The notes below the pieces were generated by a model. The model searched no databases, was not told where the DNA came from, and saw nothing but the letters and a program-made list of their open reading frames with translations. The translations under genes and the position numbers were made by a program. Positions 61,358 through 64,000 of a DNA stretch of 64,000 nucleotides are shown here, one piece after another. The DNA lies in NCBI GenBank assembly GCA_001643675.2, contig LSRY02000001.1, positions 1,798,001 to 1,862,000 of the forward strand, given 5' to 3'. How positions within the stretch are numbered: position 1 is the stretch's first letter; every line of letters begins with the position of its first letter. Source of the stretch: Monocercomonoides exilis PA203. Its lineage: Eukaryota > Protista > Preaxostyla.

Positions 61358-64000
61358 TCACTGCATGTCCGAGATGAACGAGGCACTCACAACTTTTGAG
61401 TCTTCGGTGTAATCGATTGCATCAGACACAGTCACCATCATCACGCCAGCCGGAAAGTGTTGGAAAAACTCACGCTTCATCACAAACAGCGACGGGCGAT
61501 CGTCTTTGTTCTGCGCCACCGCAGATTTCACCAGGCCACAGAATGTCGTGCCTTCGATTTCTGACATGTCCGGCCTCTCCCCATTCACGATCTTCTGCCC
61601 TGCCACCTCTCCCTCATATTCTCCAAACGGAATCTGCAAACTCAGAATCTCCCACAGCATCATCCCAATTGAAAAGGCAACTGACTTCTTTTTCGCTCCC
61701 ATATTCTTGTTCATCTGCAGCTCTGGTGCTTTCCACCTCAGACATTCTTTTCTTTCTTCATCTTCATCATCCTCAAACGCTGATGATGGAGGTGGCGACT
61801 TGGTGAATCTTTCGCTCAACACTGAAACATCAGAGGAAGATGTGACCATGGTGGAGCTTGAAGAGACAGATGAACTGTCAGAGTCTGATGAGAAGTCCGA
61901 GTGCAAAACAATGCAGATCACCATGTGTTCAGAAAACAACACAATATGCGGACTGAGATTGGAAAGAGATGAGAGAGGATTGTCCATTTCATCAAACGAG
62001 TGGAGTGCCAGATTTGCCACCCAGAACAGGATCTGAGCAGCTGTTTGCTCCCTCTCCTGCAGAGTGCCTATCGCCATCTCCTTTGTCTTATTCTTTCCAT
62101 GAAGAAGCATGAACAGCGAATCCCTCAGATCCACAATCAGCTTCTCATGAGGGGATGAACAGGCCATTGCATCCACCAAATTTGACATTGACGAAGTTGT
62201 TGGACACAGATCCTCCCCACGAACAAAAGTTGAATCTGAGTCAGTTGTTGAAGTTGATGAAATGGATGGTGATGGAGTTCTCTTTCTTGTCTCTTCTTCC
62301 TCAATTCCCTTTTCGTCAACTTTCTCCAGCATCCATTCAGGGATTTTGTCTGAGTCTCTCCCCAAAATATACTCAGTGGAACCACTCTCACTCAGCAAAT
62401 GCTCAGATGATTCAGAATGTTCCATATTCGTCTCATACACCCTCTTCTTGAACCTCTCTTCATTCTTCTTCTCTGCCTCCCTCTCTGCTCTCCTCCACTG
62501 CTCCTCGGGTGATGGCTCCATTGTCACCATCTCAATTAGCTTCGGATCCTTCCTCACTGTGTCGTTCACAATCTCTCTCAGATCTTTTGCTTCATTCTTT
62601 GCCTTTCTCCAACGAACAAAAAATATTATCAACGCAAATAATAGCACTGCAACAACCGCAATGCAAACAATCAATATCCATGATGATTTCCCTCCTTTTC
62701 CTCCTTCAGCAATCCTTTCATTTCCACTTGACTGACTTTCACTCCTGTTCTTCACAATAAATCGCTCTGTTGACGAATGTAAATCTCCTTTCCCAAACAC
62801 AATACACACACTCACTTCTGTCTCTTCTCTCATTTTCTCCAATTCTGAAGATGAGATTACAGAATGAATCTCATTCTCTGATACAAACCCTTTTTCATCA
62901 ATTTCCTTTCTCACAATTTCTTCTTCATCTCCATTTTTCATGCTCATCTTCACTGACAAATCACATGGCAGAAGCAGTTTTCCAGAAATTATTAGATCCA
63001 AATTCCCATTCAATTGAGTTGAATTCTTCACCTCTTCTAAAATGGGGATGAAAAATGATGATCCTCTTTCTGATGCAATCCCTCCCAATTGACATCCTTC
63101 ATCCAAAATCCAAAGCGATGAGTTATCTTTCAGTCCATCTCCCCCTTTCACGCTCACAACATTCAGTTCGCTATCCCCAGTGCAGATCGCATTCCTTCGC
63201 GCTGATGGATATCCTTCAATCTCGGGGTTGTTGTTCTCAAACTTGCTGTTTTCAATCTTCATACTCCCTCCACTCACCCACAAACCACCTGCCTTGCTAT
63301 TTCTGATTGCTGTTTCTCTCAGTTCCACATTGCTGTTTTCAACATCAACCAATGACCCATTCCATTTGCACAATCCCTCTTTTCTATTGTTTTCTTCATT
63401 AATAATTTCATCTTCTTTTTCTCCATCAAACACACATGCCTCAACCCTCACATTCTTGGAATTTCTTATCTGCATCATGCTTCCCTTATCAACCGAATTC
63501 ACACATCTTCCAAATGAGCTGTTCAGCACACTCACCTCTTGTTCAGCATCTTCCATCCCAATCGCACACCCCTCCAACAGCACAGTCATATTTTCAATGA
63601 CCATCTCTTTCATCGCCACTTTCGCTTTCCCTCCAACACTCACAATATCTCCCTCACATTTGATGTTCAAAATGCTTGTTTCATCAATTATCACATCTGA
63701 TTCTTCATGGAATGAAAGAACTGATACTTTTGAATGAATATCTCTGAATGTTGTTTCCGATATCTTTAGCTCTCCGCTTTCCACGCTCACAATTGAACTG
63801 TTCAATTTCAGTTCATAAGAAGAAGAGAAGAACTCACATTTCTGTATCTCAATTGATCCATTCTTCACTTTCATAAGATAACTGTGAGTTGACTCAAAGG
63901 AATCTTTAAACTCGAATGAGCAACTCTCCACAGCGCTTTCATTTATAAACTCCATCACGCAATCCTTCTCAAATGATTTCTCAATCTTGGAGTTCAATCT
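61358..64000 (-). CDS. Second receptor-like pseudokinase, 5' end outside the window
   Basis: Same TM and cytoplasmic tail as 26153-33901, ending in the identical ASFISDMQ*. Confidence 0.88.
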   Translation of the reverse strand, partial: RLNSKIEKSFEKDCVMEFINESAVESCSFEFKDSFESTHSYLMKVKNGSIEIQKCEFFSSSYELKLNSSIVSVESGELKISETTFRDIHSKVSVLSFHEESDVIIDETSILNIKCEGDIVSVGGKAKVAMKEMVIENMTVLLEGCAIGMEDAEQEVSVLNSSFGRCVNSVDKGSMMQIRNSKNVRVEACVFDGEKEDEIINEENNRKEGLCKWNGSLVDVENSNVELRETAIRNSKAGGLWVSGGSMKIENSKFENNNPEIEGYPSARRNAICTGDSELNVVSVKGGDGLKDNSSLWILDEGCQLGGIASERGSSFFIPILEEVKNSTQLNGNLDLIISGKLLLPCDLSVKMSMKNGDEEEIVRKEIDEKGFVSENEIHSVISSSELEKMREETEVSVCIVFGKGDLHSSTERFIVKNRSESQSSGNERIAEGGKGGKSSWILIVCIAVVAVLLFALIIFFVRWRKAKNEAKDLREIVNDTVRKDPKLIEMVTMEPSPEEQWRRAEREAEKKNEERFKKRVYETNMEHSESSEHLLSESGSTEYILGRDSDKIPEWMLEKVDEKGIEEEETRKRTPSPSISSTSTTDSDSTFVRGEDLCPTTSSMSNLVDAMACSSPHEKLIVDLRDSLFMLLHGKNKTKEMAIGTLQEREQTAAQILFWVANLALHSFDEMDNPLSSLSNLSPHIVLFSEHMVICIVLHSDFSSDSDSSSVSSSSTMVTSSSDVSVLSERFTKSPPPSSAFEDDEDEERKECLRWKAPELQMNKNMGAKKKSVAFSIGMMLWEILSLQIPFGEYEGEVAGQKIVNGERPDMSEIEGTTFCGLVKSAVAQNKDDRPSLFVMKREFFQHFPAGVMMVTVSDAIDYTEDSKVVSASFISDMQ

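Overview
AT-rich eukaryotic protist DNA with short GT-AG introns and the standard genetic code. The gene families look like those of an oxymonad such as Monocercomonoides, which is an inference and not a database result. Intact genes: histone H4, tRNA-His(GTG), a spliced EHD/dynamin-like GTPase with hydrophobic segments, an intron-containing bacterial-type MMPL/RND transporter, and a 76-aa spliced SPIRAL1/Jupiter-like PPGG microprotein that the ORF track misses. Multigene families: five copies of a two-intron helical protein family, and three members of a large beta-helix/TM/pseudokinase receptor-like family (one complete, one cut by the window end, one truncated ectodomain-only). Decayed genes: a Trk/HKT-like transporter and the C-terminus of an AbpF-like protein. 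Mobile DNA is dense: two dead Merlin/IS1595-type transposons with TIRs and TSDs, a dead pogo-type (DD35D) transposase, a ~255-bp MITE family with 4-bp TSDs, and a 1.74-kb foldback element with an empty-site paralog in the window and a possible captured host-gene fragment. The most unusual signals are five long inverted repeats whose 165-554 bp cores are near-identical while adjacent arm sequence is mostly decayed, and a shared TGCA...TGCC end asymmetry in three Merlin-like insertions. All alignments were done by eye.
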